A program made the translations under genes and the position numbers. This document shows, in pieces, positions 11,384-24,800 of a stretch of DNA of 64,000 bases. The notes under the pieces were generated by a model that was given only the letters and a program-made list of their open reading frames with translations, was not told the origin of the DNA and searched no databases. Source of the stretch: Dimorphilus gyrociliatus (taxonomy: Eukaryota; Animalia; Annelida); the NCBI GenBank assembly GCA_904063045.1, contig CAJFCJ010000038.1:100315-164314 (forward strand), in the 5' to 3' direction. Every line of letters starts with the position of its first letter. Within the stretch, counting starts at the first letter, position 1.

Positions 11384-12518
11384 AAAGAAAAAACAAAATT
11401 TATAATGAAATGATATTTTAGGTCAAGTTCAGGATACTATATTTATACTTTTAATAAATTTGAAAAGAAAAGCAGTTTCAAACTAGTTTTCAAGCTTCTT
11501 TTAGACTATAAAAAGCCAGAAACAGAAAAGAAAATTTAAATCTTATTTGACTTTGGAAGGACAATATTTCGATATTCTGATAAAATGGAGAAAAAACTAA
11601 TTATTGCATGTTTGGTTGTTTGTCTTTCTGTTCATGTTTTTTCTTGAAGGCTATTCCCGATATATGGTATGGATAAGCTTGTTAATAAGCCCATGCCTAT
11701 TGCTACTGAAGTGAAATTGAAGTCAATTTTGAAAGAAATGGTAAAGAAAGAGTTGCTACAAAACATGCTTCAAGATGAGTTGAATCTGAAAGAATTGCTT
11801 TCTGAAAAGTCCATGGAAAAAAAAAATTGTGAGTCACATCCATTAATAATAATATGAAATTTAATCTTTTGTTTACAGCTTGGTCCAATGCAGATATTTA
11901 TGGGTAATTGGTTACGGTTACAGGATAGTCCCTTTTTAGTTGATTAGTTGAATATAACCCTTGGAGCTTGGTTTTTAACTGTTGATGGAAAATTTTGGGA
12001 ACAAGGTCTTTAAACCAATTAATATTGCCAATTGAAATATTAACATTTTGAAGATTTTGCTCTCATATTTTTTCTTTAAAAGAAATTCCTAACATTTTCC
12101 AACAAAGCATTTAACATTTTCAATGTGGTTCTGAAAATACATTTTTAATTTTTGTATCAAAATTGAATTGTTTTCAGAGTTGAAGTTTTTGTAAAGATAG
12201 AGAGAAACTAGTCTAATACTCATCAGTTCTCTGACATTCTGTATAGAAATACATATTGCATAGAGCTAACAATTTTAATATGACAAGTGTGTAGCAATAG
12301 AAATAAGAGGAAACGATGAGTAGTTGTAGTTAGAATATGACAAAATGAAAGTATATTTATTAAAAGCAATCTGGAACATAATCACAATAAAAAAGATATA
12401 CTCTTTTATAAAACTTATCAAACTAGGCCTACTAAATAATGTCTATGTTTGTCATATATTTCCATGATTTACTATCAATTAGAATAGGATTTCATTATCT
12501 TAGGAATATGATTTGGCT

Positions 12519-12789
12519 GAGAATAAAATTCTTATGATCACAATACAACAAAGTACAATTTAACAAAATGTCCTTGAATCAGTTGACACAAAGAATACAA
12601 AAAAAAAATTTGAATATGAAAATAACTATAGAATATATGTAATGCTGCCATCTGTTTAATCAGAAATTTAAGAAAGAAATTGTAAGATATTGAAATGGAA
12701 CTCAACCATTACCATTTAATAAAAAAAGCAAGATATAGTTGAGATTTAAAGCCTATTTTCAATACAACATAAAAATGATTTCTTAGCAT
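12519..12789 (+). repeat. Diverged ~280-bp direct repeat, copy 2
   Basis: Collinear with 11103-11383. Confidence 0.85.
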
Positions 12790-14391
12790 TGCAAATAGAT
12801 GATTCATTGACTGTCTTCAATTGAACAAAGAGTGTATTATGAGAAGATTCAACCATATTTATGTTCTGCATCATATATTGATAATAATATTTTTAAAGTG
12901 GATTCTGGGTGAAAGGAAGCAATTCCCCTATAGCTAATATTGTTAATTGATTTTCAAGACAAAGATCTCCATTTTTGTGATGAAACTATGCTTGGTCATT
13001 GAAATGTTGAGTAATTTGTGTAAATTCTTGTGTTCTAAGCAGCAACTTTGAAACAATTACTAAGACTAACTTCAGTGATGTAAAGTTTTTTACAGGGTAC
13101 TGATTGCAATGCTAAATGTAGTAAAGACAAAGGAACTTTAGAAGTACTTTTATTTCATAGAATGGGAATGATTGAACTTTTCATAATAGATGGTACTATT
13201 ACATAATCAATAAAGAAATAAAGAACTTTAAAAAAGATACTTGTCAAAGTGGTTTTATCTTACCTGAAACCAGGTGTTGATAAGACAGATTAAACTGTTT
13301 ACAGAGATGTAAACCAGTGCAACAATTACAATCTAAGTCTTTTATCCAATATCAAAGTTGAGAGAAAGCATTTACACAATGATATATTTTGTGGCTAGAT
13401 TTTGGATTGAAAAGTGGTCAGGAAGAGTAAGACAGCTACTGATATGTACTTAGGAGAGTCTCAAATGAGAGTTAGGGTTACTGGAAGAGATTAGGCAGCA
13501 TCTCTCAGTTCATTCTTTTGCAGAATCTTCTTGTTATGTAGAAAGAGAAATTATGAACCCAGTCCTGAATGGTCAAGAACATTCCTTGCCCTGAAGATTG
13601 AATTTTCTCTTTTCCCTGTCTGTCAGAATCTTCTTATACTTTCTTATTGTACAACTTTCGTTCTATTCTATTCTTATTCTATACTACTATTATATATAAC
13701 TTAATACAAACCAATGCAAGGAAATACAATAACATGTGGCCTAACACAGACCTTCTTGGTCATACTTAAGGTTCATCCTAAGTACCACTTAAGTTTTGGC
13801 CACATTATGATTGATGAGCTTGTCTAAGGTTTTGGCCAAACTATGATTAATTAACTTTCTCAAGTGGGGAACTTTGTAACATATTGTTCTAAGGACAAAC
13901 ATGAACTAGGTGAGTTCACAGCTGCAAAGTGGTGATTGGACGCTAGACAATAATCTTCAAGTATATAACTCCTCACTGCTTTACTCCAATTGGCTAACCT
14001 CAACCTGGGAGGATGAACTGGAACCAACACCCACTGGGATCCTTCTACTTCCTCAACATTGGACACTAGTTTGGTAATTTGTCAACCTACTGTTACCCAC
14101 TACTTACTCTGCTATTGAACTTTCATATTGTTACTTGCTTAAGTATTATTTTCAATAAACCACTTAAATTTAAACACTTTGTTTAAAGGTTCGAGTAGAA
14201 CCAGTACTGTTATAAGTTACAAATGCATAAATTGGCAAGACCAAAGCAGTACACTATTATTATTGCAGAGAGTGTCATAATGGACAATGGATAAAAAGGA
14301 ATTAAGTCTCCAATAGCGAAAAAAATTGTCTAGAGAGAAGTGGTGAAATTTGTTATAATAACAATTGTTTAATTGAAAAGTTTACAAAGTG

Positions 14392-14463
14392 GGATTTGGT
14401 TAAGATTAAGTTGGATTAGGTTAAGACTAAGTTGGATTGGTTTAAGATTAAGATGGATTAAGT
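14392..14463 (+). repeat. 21-bp minisatellite, ~3.4 copies
   Basis: GGATTTGGTTAAGATTAAGTT / GGATTAGGTTAAGACTAAGTT / GGATTGGTTTAAGATTAAGAT / GGATTAAGT. Confidence 0.85.
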
Positions 14464-15184
14464 AAATTTAAGAAAACCAATTAGCTATGCTTGTTAGAAA
14501 AAAAGGCCTATAATTTATGTTATTAAAATCTGGAAATTAATAAGATACTGTTAATTCTTCAGATCTACTTACTGGAAAAAAAGATATTCAATGTATTTGA
14601 AATTAAAATTCTTTTTTATTCAATACTTATGATAAATTTCTTTCTATCAATAGGCCTACCACTTTGCATTTTTGTACTAAATCTTTTCTTTTTTTCATAA
14701 GAAGGAATTAAATTTGCCAATAAAATATCAAAGCAGTTGTGAAGAAAAATGTTTACAGTTACCAGGGAAGTTTTGAAAATTGATTTGATCAAGTTGTAAA
14801 ACTTGCTATGATAGTTTTTGCAAAAGAAGACATTTCAAAAATATTTCATGTTCTAAACCTTTCATTTGGTCTATTTACTAAAAAGGAATTGTTGTAAAAG
14901 TATTTATAATTTTCACTCGGTTCCTTTTTATAAGGAAGGAACTTCTTTAATATTTCAGTAATATCTGAAAATTGAAATACAAAAGGTCTGTTGAAGATTT
15001 GCAATTTCAATTGGAAGACATTTTTTCACCCTCACTCTCTAAAATTTACTGTTCATATCAGTATTTAAATTGGAAACAACGGGAATTTGTTTTTCAAAAC
15101 AAAATGTTGTCAATCTTGAAATTTACAATCCAGGTAATAAAAATATTTTAATTTAATTAAATTCTTACTCTACGTATAGCAAAT

Positions 15185-18100
15185 ATGGAATGGTATCAAT
15201 TGGTTAGATACAGACAAATAGCTATACCTTCACATGTTATTTTCCCTAATCCAAAAACAAAAGAAAATATAAAAGAAAGCTATGACTTTAGCTATGTTGA
15301 TAAATTTGTTATAAAAAAGAAGAGTATTTCATTTTTAAACAAAACATTACAACAAATTGCAATTATTTTAACTAAGGACTTTGATGATGAAATGCTAAAA
15401 GTACGAGCTTTATTTCGTTGGTTAGCATCGCTCAATTTAGATAAAATTAATTATTATAAGTTGATGGAAAATCAAATGAGATATATTTTGTATAGGCTAA
15501 AATACAACCATATTACACATGAGAAAAAAAATATTCATTAATTCAGTCTTTCTTTAAAAAGAAAGATCATTCTTCTAAATTAGAATATAAATATAATGAA
15601 GGATATTTTTTGCAAAATCCAGAAGAATTCATTTACAGTCATTATAAAGTTTTCGGTAAAAATCAGCTATTGGCTAGAGAAGTAACTTTAAGGGAATTTG
15701 AGGATATGGCCTAATTAAGGCCTGCATTCTTTCAGCATAAGCTTGGAATTATTTCACATCCAAGGTGTATTGTTTTTGCTGAACAGTCCAGGAATGAAAT
15801 TCTTATTGGACATAAAAAAGAATTCCCTGTAATGTTTGATGGAGAAATTTTTATAAATGATGAAACTGTTTTAGATGCTAATCTAGAACAACAGATAAGA
15901 AATGAAACAATAAATCCAAATTTATATGTTGCAGCCTTTCAAAACAGAAATAAAAGCCTACTTATCATTAGATTAAGATTACCTCAAACTGCAAATTACA
16001 AACTGAGAATTAGAGTGTCTAAAGATAATATTAAAAATAAAGAAATTAATTATGAGTGGTGTACTGATTACATTATTAATTACAAAAAAAGAGATAATAT
16101 CTCTATTCCTCCATTTCCAAAAATGGTTACGACAGAAAATGTCCCCAAATGCATGATTTAACCCTAACCCTAACCCAGCCCTTGCCACTCCCTAACCTTT
16201 TTGATTACCCCTGACCCTTAGAAGGAACCCCCGTAACTACAAATCAATGTCTACTTGACTCACCCTAACCATTTATTCAATCCGAAATGTTGCTTTCAAA
16301 AATCTCACTCGGGGACATTTTCTGTCGGCCCCTCCAAAAACATATCTATATGAACTTGGACCAAATTATATTGCTAGAGAGTGTAATTTTACAAATATGT
16401 TCCCTCAGCTTGGAATGTATACTTCACCAAATAATAATTATACAGAAATTCATTTCAATGGATATGACAATGAATACGAGTTTTATGTTAAAATTACAAA
16501 CAATAAATATTCTTCTGTGTTTTTATAAACATATTGCATATCTATGTTTGAAAATGGTCTAGGGCTCATCAGATTCTTTTCTCCATCTGAAGGAGAATAT
16601 GGTATTAATATTTTTGGCCAAAAACGAAAATATGAATATCATTGTAATTGTTTATGTATAAAATTATTTGAAAAACAACCAGAAGAATCTCTTCCTCCTA
16701 TTTGTTCATATATTGTTAACAGTGAAGAAAAGGCAAACTATACTTTAGTATTTCCAGAAAATGAAAAATTTACAATTGGCAAACAAAGATATTTCTTTAA
16801 ATTAAAACTAAGGATGGAAGATAATTTCCAATCTTTTCAAGAATGCGATAAATCTAATAATTCATTTTAAAATATTTAAGGAGATATCATGTCAATTTAA
16901 AATTGAGTTAAGATGGTATGATGAAATAAACAATAGACACAATTTATCTATGTATTCATTCTTTGAAAATAGTTATGAATATGCTACTATCCACATTAAT
17001 TTTCCATTACCAAGAATGTACAAATTTCTAATTAAAGCAAAGGAATTAAATGCCAGAAAACAATATGAATTAGTCTATAATTGCTATTTTTATGTTATTG
17101 AACCCAATACAAATTCCTTTGAATTTCCAATTATTACTGATAAATGGAGAATTAGCGAAACTCATAGAATTGTTCAACCATTTAGAAAACTCTACTGAAT
17201 GAAAAAGTTTTAATACAAATTGAAGGTTTTAAAGCTGATGAAATGATTGCTTGTCGTACGTATGATAATGAAATTTTTCATTTTCATTTCTTTAATGATC
17301 TATGGGAATGTGAAATTGATACTGGTGATAATTTTGGTAATTTAATCATCATGGCAAAAATTTATAGAAATGCAAAATTCTTTACTGAGATTTTAATTTA
17401 TAAAATTTTTAAAAATTCTATTAAAAAATTGGATAAACCTGCAATACAGAATAGTAAAATCAATGCTGAAAATGAAAGGATAAAGGAAATAGATAACTCT
17501 GAAAAAAATGAAGAACCCATTTAAAGTAATATTGTTGAAGATATGAAAAATGTACAAACTATTCGAATGGAGACAATTGAAAATGTGAGTAATACAGGAG
17601 AAATTGGTGAAATAGATTGGTTATCAAAAATGGAAGAAGTTATCTATATAAGTGAATTTCTATCTGATGAAGAATCTGACAATGGGAATGATGAAAATCC
17701 AACAATAAATGTAAGATATTAATAACAAAAGTTTTGCTCTTTTTCAAAAAATTCACCTATTTTTCTCTATAGGAAAATGAAAGTGAAAGTGGTAATGAAG
17801 AGAAAGGAAATCAACAACAACATAATGATCAGGAAGAAGTTGCAAAGAAGGCATTAAGTAAGTAAAATATAATTTATTTTTGAATATTCAAAATTATCAA
17901 AAACAAAATAATATTAAAAATATTTTAGATTTTCAAAATGCATTTCATGAAAAAGATTACAAAAAGTTAAAAATAGCTATTGATAAAGCTTCTGTTGAAC
18001 CAATAAATCCTTTATTATTTAAAGATTTATCAAAAGCTAATGAATTAAAAGGAAATTTGAAAAAAATATATGGTTTGCAAAAAAGAATTTTAAAACTTGA

Positions 18101-18500
18101 TGCAAAATATATAGCAGAATTAAATCAATATAATCAACCACCAACTGTTATACACCTTGTTATAAAATCAACATTATTGATTTTATCAATTGGTGAAGTA
18201 CAAACTGATGAATGGAAAGAATGTAAAGTTTTTATTAAATATGCATGCTCCAATTCTATTTTAAAGAAAATTAAAGATCTTAAAATCTTGAATGTACATC
18301 CAGGAATTATTCTAAGAGCTCAAGAAATAATAGATGAATTAAATATGCAAGAAGTTAGAGAGGCAAGTGCAGGTGCAGCAGCATTCTATTTATGGTGTAA
18401 AGGTAACATTGATATTTATAAAAAGATCAAGAAAGATGAAATGGAAAAATCACAGCCAGCGTACAAAGACAGTCAAAAGAATATCTTTTCATCCACTTAA
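15185..18500 (+). pseudogene. KY/hillarin/LTD-1-like (transglutaminase-like family) gene with an acidic linker and a C-terminal dynein MTBD-like domain; multiply disrupted
   Basis: KVRALFRWLA; YKYNEGYFLQNPEEFIYSHY..QLLAREVTLREFEDMA*LRPAFF; PSEGEYGINIFG; FPLPRMYKFLIKAKE. In-frame stops at ~15709, 16526-16528 and 17522-17524, a frameshift at ~17196, and a MITE at 16125. GT-AG introns at 17711-17772 and 17858-17928 keep the frame. Confidence 0.8.
16125..16332. mobile_element. MULE-type MITE, copy 2, inserted in a coding exon of the KY-like gene
   Basis: 22-nt TIRs GGTTACGACAGAAAATGTCCCC / GGGGACATTTTCTGTCGGCCCC. 9-bp TSD TCCAAAAAT / TCCAAAAAC. Removing the element and one TSD copy restores PPFPKTYLYELGPNYIA in frame. 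Confidence 0.9.
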
Positions 18501-19221
18501 AAAAGGTTACTTGTTTCATATTGGTATACTCAGACAAAGCTAACATTATACACGACTACAAAAGCATTCTCATATATGAGTTTATTAGAAGAGATAGTTT
18601 GTAATAGCACGTTTGCAAATTTTCAAACTAACATCCAACATTGAAGAGTAAAAGGCTTTTTCTAATTGAAGAAGTGTACGCAATTTCGGTGTTTTGCCTT
18701 AAAGGGTATTGAAGGGAAAGGAATGATGTCATAAATGCCCTGACCTTAACCCTTCAAATCATAGGTTGATATACATGTATCAATGTCCTCATCAGTTTCT
18801 CTTTTACAGTCATATTTAAAGTCACAGAAAGATTTTTTATTGATGAATTTATTTTCAGAGAACCATTTCAAATTCTTAATCAATGGTGAAATTTTTCATA
18901 AATTGTTAAGGTCTAGGTCACCACTGTAATATGTGTATTGTGAAAGGAAAATGAAGAACAATACACTTAATGAGTATAAAATATATATAAAAGTCATTAA
19001 CTAATTCTTGCCATTATCCATTAACTTCAAAGCTCCATAGCTCCGCAACCACTCAGCCGATTTTTCTCAAATTTTGCACAGAGGTTCAGTTGAAAAATAA
19101 CCAATCAATCAATCAATCAATTAGTGACCTTGATAATAAAATTACAATATGAAGTGAAATTAAAATTTTTCAGATTGTAGAGGCAACCAAAGCAGAAAAT
19201 TAAAACTTAAATTTGGAAGTA

Positions 19222-19600
19222 TCACTCTGCTAAATTTTCAAAATGTCTAACAAACTCGTAGGAGTAGTCTTTTGTAGTTGTTAACAAATATTCAGTTAAA
19301 TTTGCATTGTAAATGCACCTTCCAAGTAGATGATCTTCATCTTCAAAATGTACTCTATTCAATTGTTCCTTAAAAATAGAAGAATATTGCTGACCTTTCA
19401 TTACACTTAAAAAGCCTTTTCCCATATTTAAATTTCCTTCGAAACTCAAGTATGGAATACTTTTATGATGATGCACCGTATCAGCTAACCATTCGCATTG
19501 TTGAGAATTTAAATCGCAGGAATCAACTCTTAAGGCAATAAGTTGAGAACTTGATTTTAAACCTTGACAAACAGGATATGCAACATTTGTAAATGGAGAA
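19222..19600 (-). pseudogene. Isolated NLR-type RI-like LRR fragment
   Basis: VCQGLKSSSQLIALRVDSCDLNSQQCEWLADTVHHHKSIPYLSFEGNLNMGKGFLSVMKG matches the divergent 5' LRRs of the 47415 NLR. Confidence 0.65.
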
Positions 19601-19817
19601 AATGTAAAAAGAATCCCTCTTGTTGGGAATAATGTAAAGTTTCTACAGTTTATGGATGTTAATGAGATTGCTAATGATTTCACAGTCAAAAATGTAACAG
19701 TGTTAAAACTGCGGAATTTTGTATTTACTAACAAAAATACAAAAAAAATTGTTGAAACATTGAAAATGAATCCAAATATCAGACTCATTTATAAGCCAAT
19801 GGGTGTGAGAGAGAAAA

Positions 19818-20186
19818 AAATGTAAAGGATGTAGTTATAATTCTGGTTTAAAGAGACCAGTATGCTCTTTGTGCTATTCGTATTATAATAAGAATAATGA
19901 CAATACTTGTTCGTTGTGTCCAGAAGGTTGTAGGGTCAGTTCGTTGACTAGTAGTAACATTGAATGTTTGACTTGTTCGAAATGCGACATAGAAGGTTGT
20001 GGAGATTGTCAAGAGTCAAATATTAAAGGGAAGTTTGTCTGTATGAGTTGTTCAGACAATTTCTATATGAACAATGATGTTTGCAAGTCGTGCCTGGACA
20101 ATTGCAACAAATGTAAATACAATAAGAAGTTTGTATGTACAAAATGTAAGGCGGGAATGAACTATGGGAGATTGTTGAATATCTAG
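19818..20186 (+). pseudogene. Furin-like/CxxC cysteine-rich repeat fragment (PCSK5/VSP-like)
   Basis: KCKGCSYN..CSLCYS..CSLCPEGC..CLTCSKCDIEGCGDC..CMSCSDNFYMNNDVCKSCLDNCNKC. No start or signal peptide is visible, and the frame breaks after 20186. Confidence 0.55.
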
Positions 20187-21839
20187 ATGGGAACATGACG
20201 AAAAATCAGTGTTTGAAAGAGGATGTTTGAACAAGTTTTGTTCAACCGATTATAAAAATGATTGTTCTTAATATTGTAATGAAATGTATAAGTTTCAATT
20301 CTCTCATTCACAATTCACACAAATAAAGAATCAACACTTAGGAATTTAATGAAGTGAGGTAAAAAATAGTTACACTATATATAAATGATCTTTTACAAAT
20401 AAATTGTTTACTAATGTAGGCCAAGAAAGAAGAGACCTTGACGGAGTACTGAAAAATTTGCCTGTGGTAGGTATTGTTCAATATTGTAAATATTGAAAAG
20501 AAGGGTGAGAGAGAGAGAGAGAGAGAGAGAGAAAGTAGCTTGATGATATTATGAATAATATCAACATTCCAATCAATTCCATATTAATAATAATAGCCAT
20601 TGTTTTCTTATTGAAAAGATCTTTTGGTTCAGAGTTAAATTTTAACGATATCCTTCATTCATTGTCCTAATTGAAGGAGAAAAAGGAATTGGAATTAAAA
20701 TTACAGGAACAAACAAACAAACAAACAAACAAATGTAATAGGAATACATCTTCTTCTATAAAGAGTAGTAGTGTATTTTTTCTCCTGTATAGCTACTACC
20801 CTACTACTATCCGATAAATACGAGATGTACAAGCTTTCTATCTAATGAATAACTCGGAGAATTTCTCTTATTGTAAAGAATTACGAAATATTAATAAAGA
20901 AATTATGAAATATTTTACGATTTTCTTCAAAGTATTTACTGATTTACTGCATTGACAACGAAGACAATTGCAAATTATTAAATATTGCTGTGAAAGAATA
21001 TTCGTTTCTACTGTTGTTTTTATAGTTAGGAAAATGGTTATGTTAATAAACATATTCCACTATCATAATATTTGATTGGGGAATTATGAAGGAATACTAT
21101 TTTTTCCCGTCTCTGTCTTTTCCTCTCTTCCATGCCGATAAATTACATTCTCTATTGTTATGAACAAAACGCAAAATACACGTTAATAATCATCATTTAT
21201 TAAATCATTTAACCATTGAATCATTAAGGAGATAATATATATTTGAAGCTTTTTTTAATTTAATAATCTTTTATTAGTTTATTGGATGTACATGATAAAT
21301 TCCCTCTCTTTATAATTAATTTCAAGTAAGAGAAGGAGAAATAAATTTTAGATATCTTTTTTCACAAAAGTGAACAATTAATATAAAATACTGAACTTAT
21401 AAATAAAAAGACAATTTCGTTGTTGTGGTTGTTAATATTATATTTGAAGGTTGAAATATTTCATTTTTCTCTTTCTTTTCATTGAAAATCAACACTTTTT
21501 TTTGGCTTTTAGTGTTGTTGTTACCATGTTCTTTTTTATTAGAAAAAACGTAGGAGGAGGAGGGTTAGTAGAGCATCTTTTCGAAGACTGAAAAAGAAAC
21601 AAAATTCAATGGATAAAGAAAAATTTTGATTAGCTTGAAACGGTGTACATGAAATTTGATTGTATAAATTTTTAATGGTCAAGATTTTCATATTAATAAG
21701 TCTAAGCTCTAAAAAATATATATAATTCAAAGGTGAATAAGATTAATTGTCAAAAAAACAAACAGTTTCGTAGCTAAGGACGTCCCGTACGTCAGTCTTA
21801 CCTCTATCTTGTCTTGTGTATGAGAAGAAGATACTGAAA

Positions 21840-24800
21840 ATGATCAATTCAGCATTACTTCTTCGCCGAGTATGTGTCTCTGTGATAATATTCGTTGCAG
21901 TTATCGGAGGAATTAATGGTAGAATAGAATGGAATATACATATCGAATATATATATAATTATATATATCTACCTCTATCTTTCAATAATAGGTAATACTT
22001 GCGAAAATGATTTTGTGGTCTTTCGCAAAGCTTGCTATTCCCTCGTAACCACTGAGGCGTCTGTATACCTTACAACAAATTCAAGTAATGTTGAGGAAAA
22101 ATTGGGAGGAATGAAAGTTCAAGTTACATCGTCTTTATTAAATTCTCTTTTGAAATGGATTCGAACGGATAATTCTATCATTTTATTGAGCATTGAAAGA
22201 AAGAATTTTACTTCAAATTGGACGGATGATTTTGAATGGTTCAATGGAGAAAAGTTGAAATTTCATGATTTTGATATTCCTAATATAAGTTTTTCAGAAA
22301 ATGCCTCTTATGTATTTCTGGAAAATAATTCGTGGGTTTTAAAACCGGAAATACCCGCAACATTCCAAACATTCGTAACAACTGGATTATGTAATAAATA
22401 TTACATAAATAGAATAAAAATCTATGAATGTGCGTGTTTTCTTTAATCGTTGTTCCTTTCTTTCTCCAACAGCTAGCAACCCTAACAATTGCAGTACAAT
22501 TTGGAGTAAAGTTGTAGGACACAAGTTTGCCAGTCCAGGCTCTGCAGAAGACATATCTTTTATAAATTGCCTCCGGGTAATGTATTTAATAATTACTATT
22601 CGTAGCTTGTAAATAATTGATAAAACATTGATTTTTTCCATCTTCCTCTCATCGTTGTATTATCACTCAAAAAGAGCTGTCACGAAAATCCCGATTCATG
22701 CAAAAGTGTTATGTATATAAATGGGGATTGCTTCAAATCCAAGATTTTTGTCACTGCTCACGTCGACTCTGCTGAGTTATTGGACGATGAAGCGTCAATT
22801 ATATACCAATACGAATGCGAAAATCACCAAATCGAAATCTGTACAGACGAGAATATTATTCATTCGAAAAATTATCCAGATAATTATTTCGCATCGTCAT
22901 CTTTCTATCCAAATTATGAGGCGTATAAAGGAAAGTTTTTTGATTGGGATAATCCATTCGTAACGCAAGCGTTTAAGGCTGGAGCGTCTGATACAAATAT
23001 TTGGTTTCAAATTCAATTAGAATCTCTCAAAGCTATGGATAAATATACAATAAAGGGTGGTGGTATGGCGGAAAAGCACTTTATAACATCACACTACGCT
23101 GCGTATAGCGCAGATTGCGTACATTTCATGTACTTGAACAATGTGGAATTGAGGAGATCAGTAAGTTTTGGTTGCATTAATTAATTAAGTAATTAATTGA
23201 TTGATTGATCGATTGATTGATTTTATTAAAAAAAAAAATAGCTGATTAGAGGACCATACAAATGGGATGAAGCGCGAGTAGTAAACTTTCATTACAGAGC
23301 AATAAAATGCTTTCGTATTATGCCAAAGAGTTGGGTTGGTTCACCAACGATGACAATTAAATTTGAAATCTGTAATGCAGACTTTGATAAACAGTGGAGT
23401 AAAATCTACTCTTTTACTTGTGTATAGGTATTAGCTGTCTTTTGTTTTTTTTCAGCAATAATTCCATTGGGTATGGGTGATGGCACTATAAACGATTACC
23501 AAATAACTGCTTCCGAGGTGTATAAAGGGGATAATTACACAGAATATTACGCAGTTCATCTTGCCAGAAAAGGAAGTCAGCGGAAGGATTTCAGTTTTCA
23601 AAAACCTTGTTGGTATATTAAAGACACTGATAGTTGGTTTCTGATAAGCCTGATTAAAAAATCTGTAATCGTTGCAATTGGCATGGAGCCGGTTGAAGAA
23701 TGCAATGGTATAATTGAAGACTTTTCAGTAATAGTTACCTCGTCGCTAAAGTCAATTAATGAGGAAGTAAATAGTCCATACATGACTTTTCTAAATGAGT
23801 CAAACATAATTTATGAGCTACCTAAGGCTCTTGTAGGATTATATATTTGTATTAAGCCTCATACTTGGGTAGGTGATGGAGGAATGGCTTTTGAAGTATA
23901 CGGATCCAGCGAATGTAAATATTTTTTATCATTGCGTAATGAGTGTATAACAACACTTTTCCATATATTCTATCTAGCTAAAGACTCTAAAGAGTTGATC
24001 CATACAAAATTGTCAAATTGCATACAATTATCTGCATCTTTTGACACATACCCCTTTTTAAATATATCAATGGGAATAATAGAACAGAAATTACAAGCAA
24101 TGACCTACATTGAATACAGTTCACATGTTGTTCTGACTGAAGTTAAAATTACGATAGAAGCTGGATATGATAAACCCGAGTACAGCATTAGCTTCTTAAG
24201 AGCGCCTAATGAATGGATGTTAATGAAATACAACACGGAGAATGTAAGTTCAACTGAAACAATTTTATATCTGCAACGGAAACAAGTCTTTAGAAAGTTT
24301 CGTATTGGATCGCTTAAAAGTTCAGTTGAAACTTTACCTGATTGCCTATTTGTTGAAGCGAAAGGTGAAGTAGTTGAATCGTGCCCACCAAGTACTGCGT
24401 ATTATGACAACCATTGCTACTATACGTTACCTGGAACTATTGCGGGAGTAGAAGGTTTATTAAAGGCTTGCGGAAAGTCTTTTGGGGAGGATATCGGTTT
24501 TCTTGCTCAAATGTCATCGGCTAAAGAAGCGTTATTTGCTAGTAATTTAATAAGAGACATGTAAGAAAGAAAGCATTTTCTTCTATTTCTATAAAATACT
24601 GTAATAATGTTTATTAATCACTTTCTATTCTACAGAAACAACATACCATATAATACAAGTATTATCGGTTATTATCGTAACGAATCGAATGAGGTGAATC
24701 CCTACTACCAATCACAAAATCCATCCTACAAATGGGAATGGTTGCATGGAGCAAATACAAACTTTTCATTCTGGACATACGATATTAAAGACATTCCAAC

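Noticed and set aside
12950-13160. Possible minus-strand LRR relic (SLLHLALQSVPCKKLYITEVSLSNCFKV)
   Set aside because: Too short and interrupted by stops to distinguish from chance.
13445-13747. LTR-like segment (TG...CA ends, AT-rich simple repeats, nearby AATAAA)
   Set aside because: No TSD, PBS, clear PPT or second copy in the window; too weak to call.
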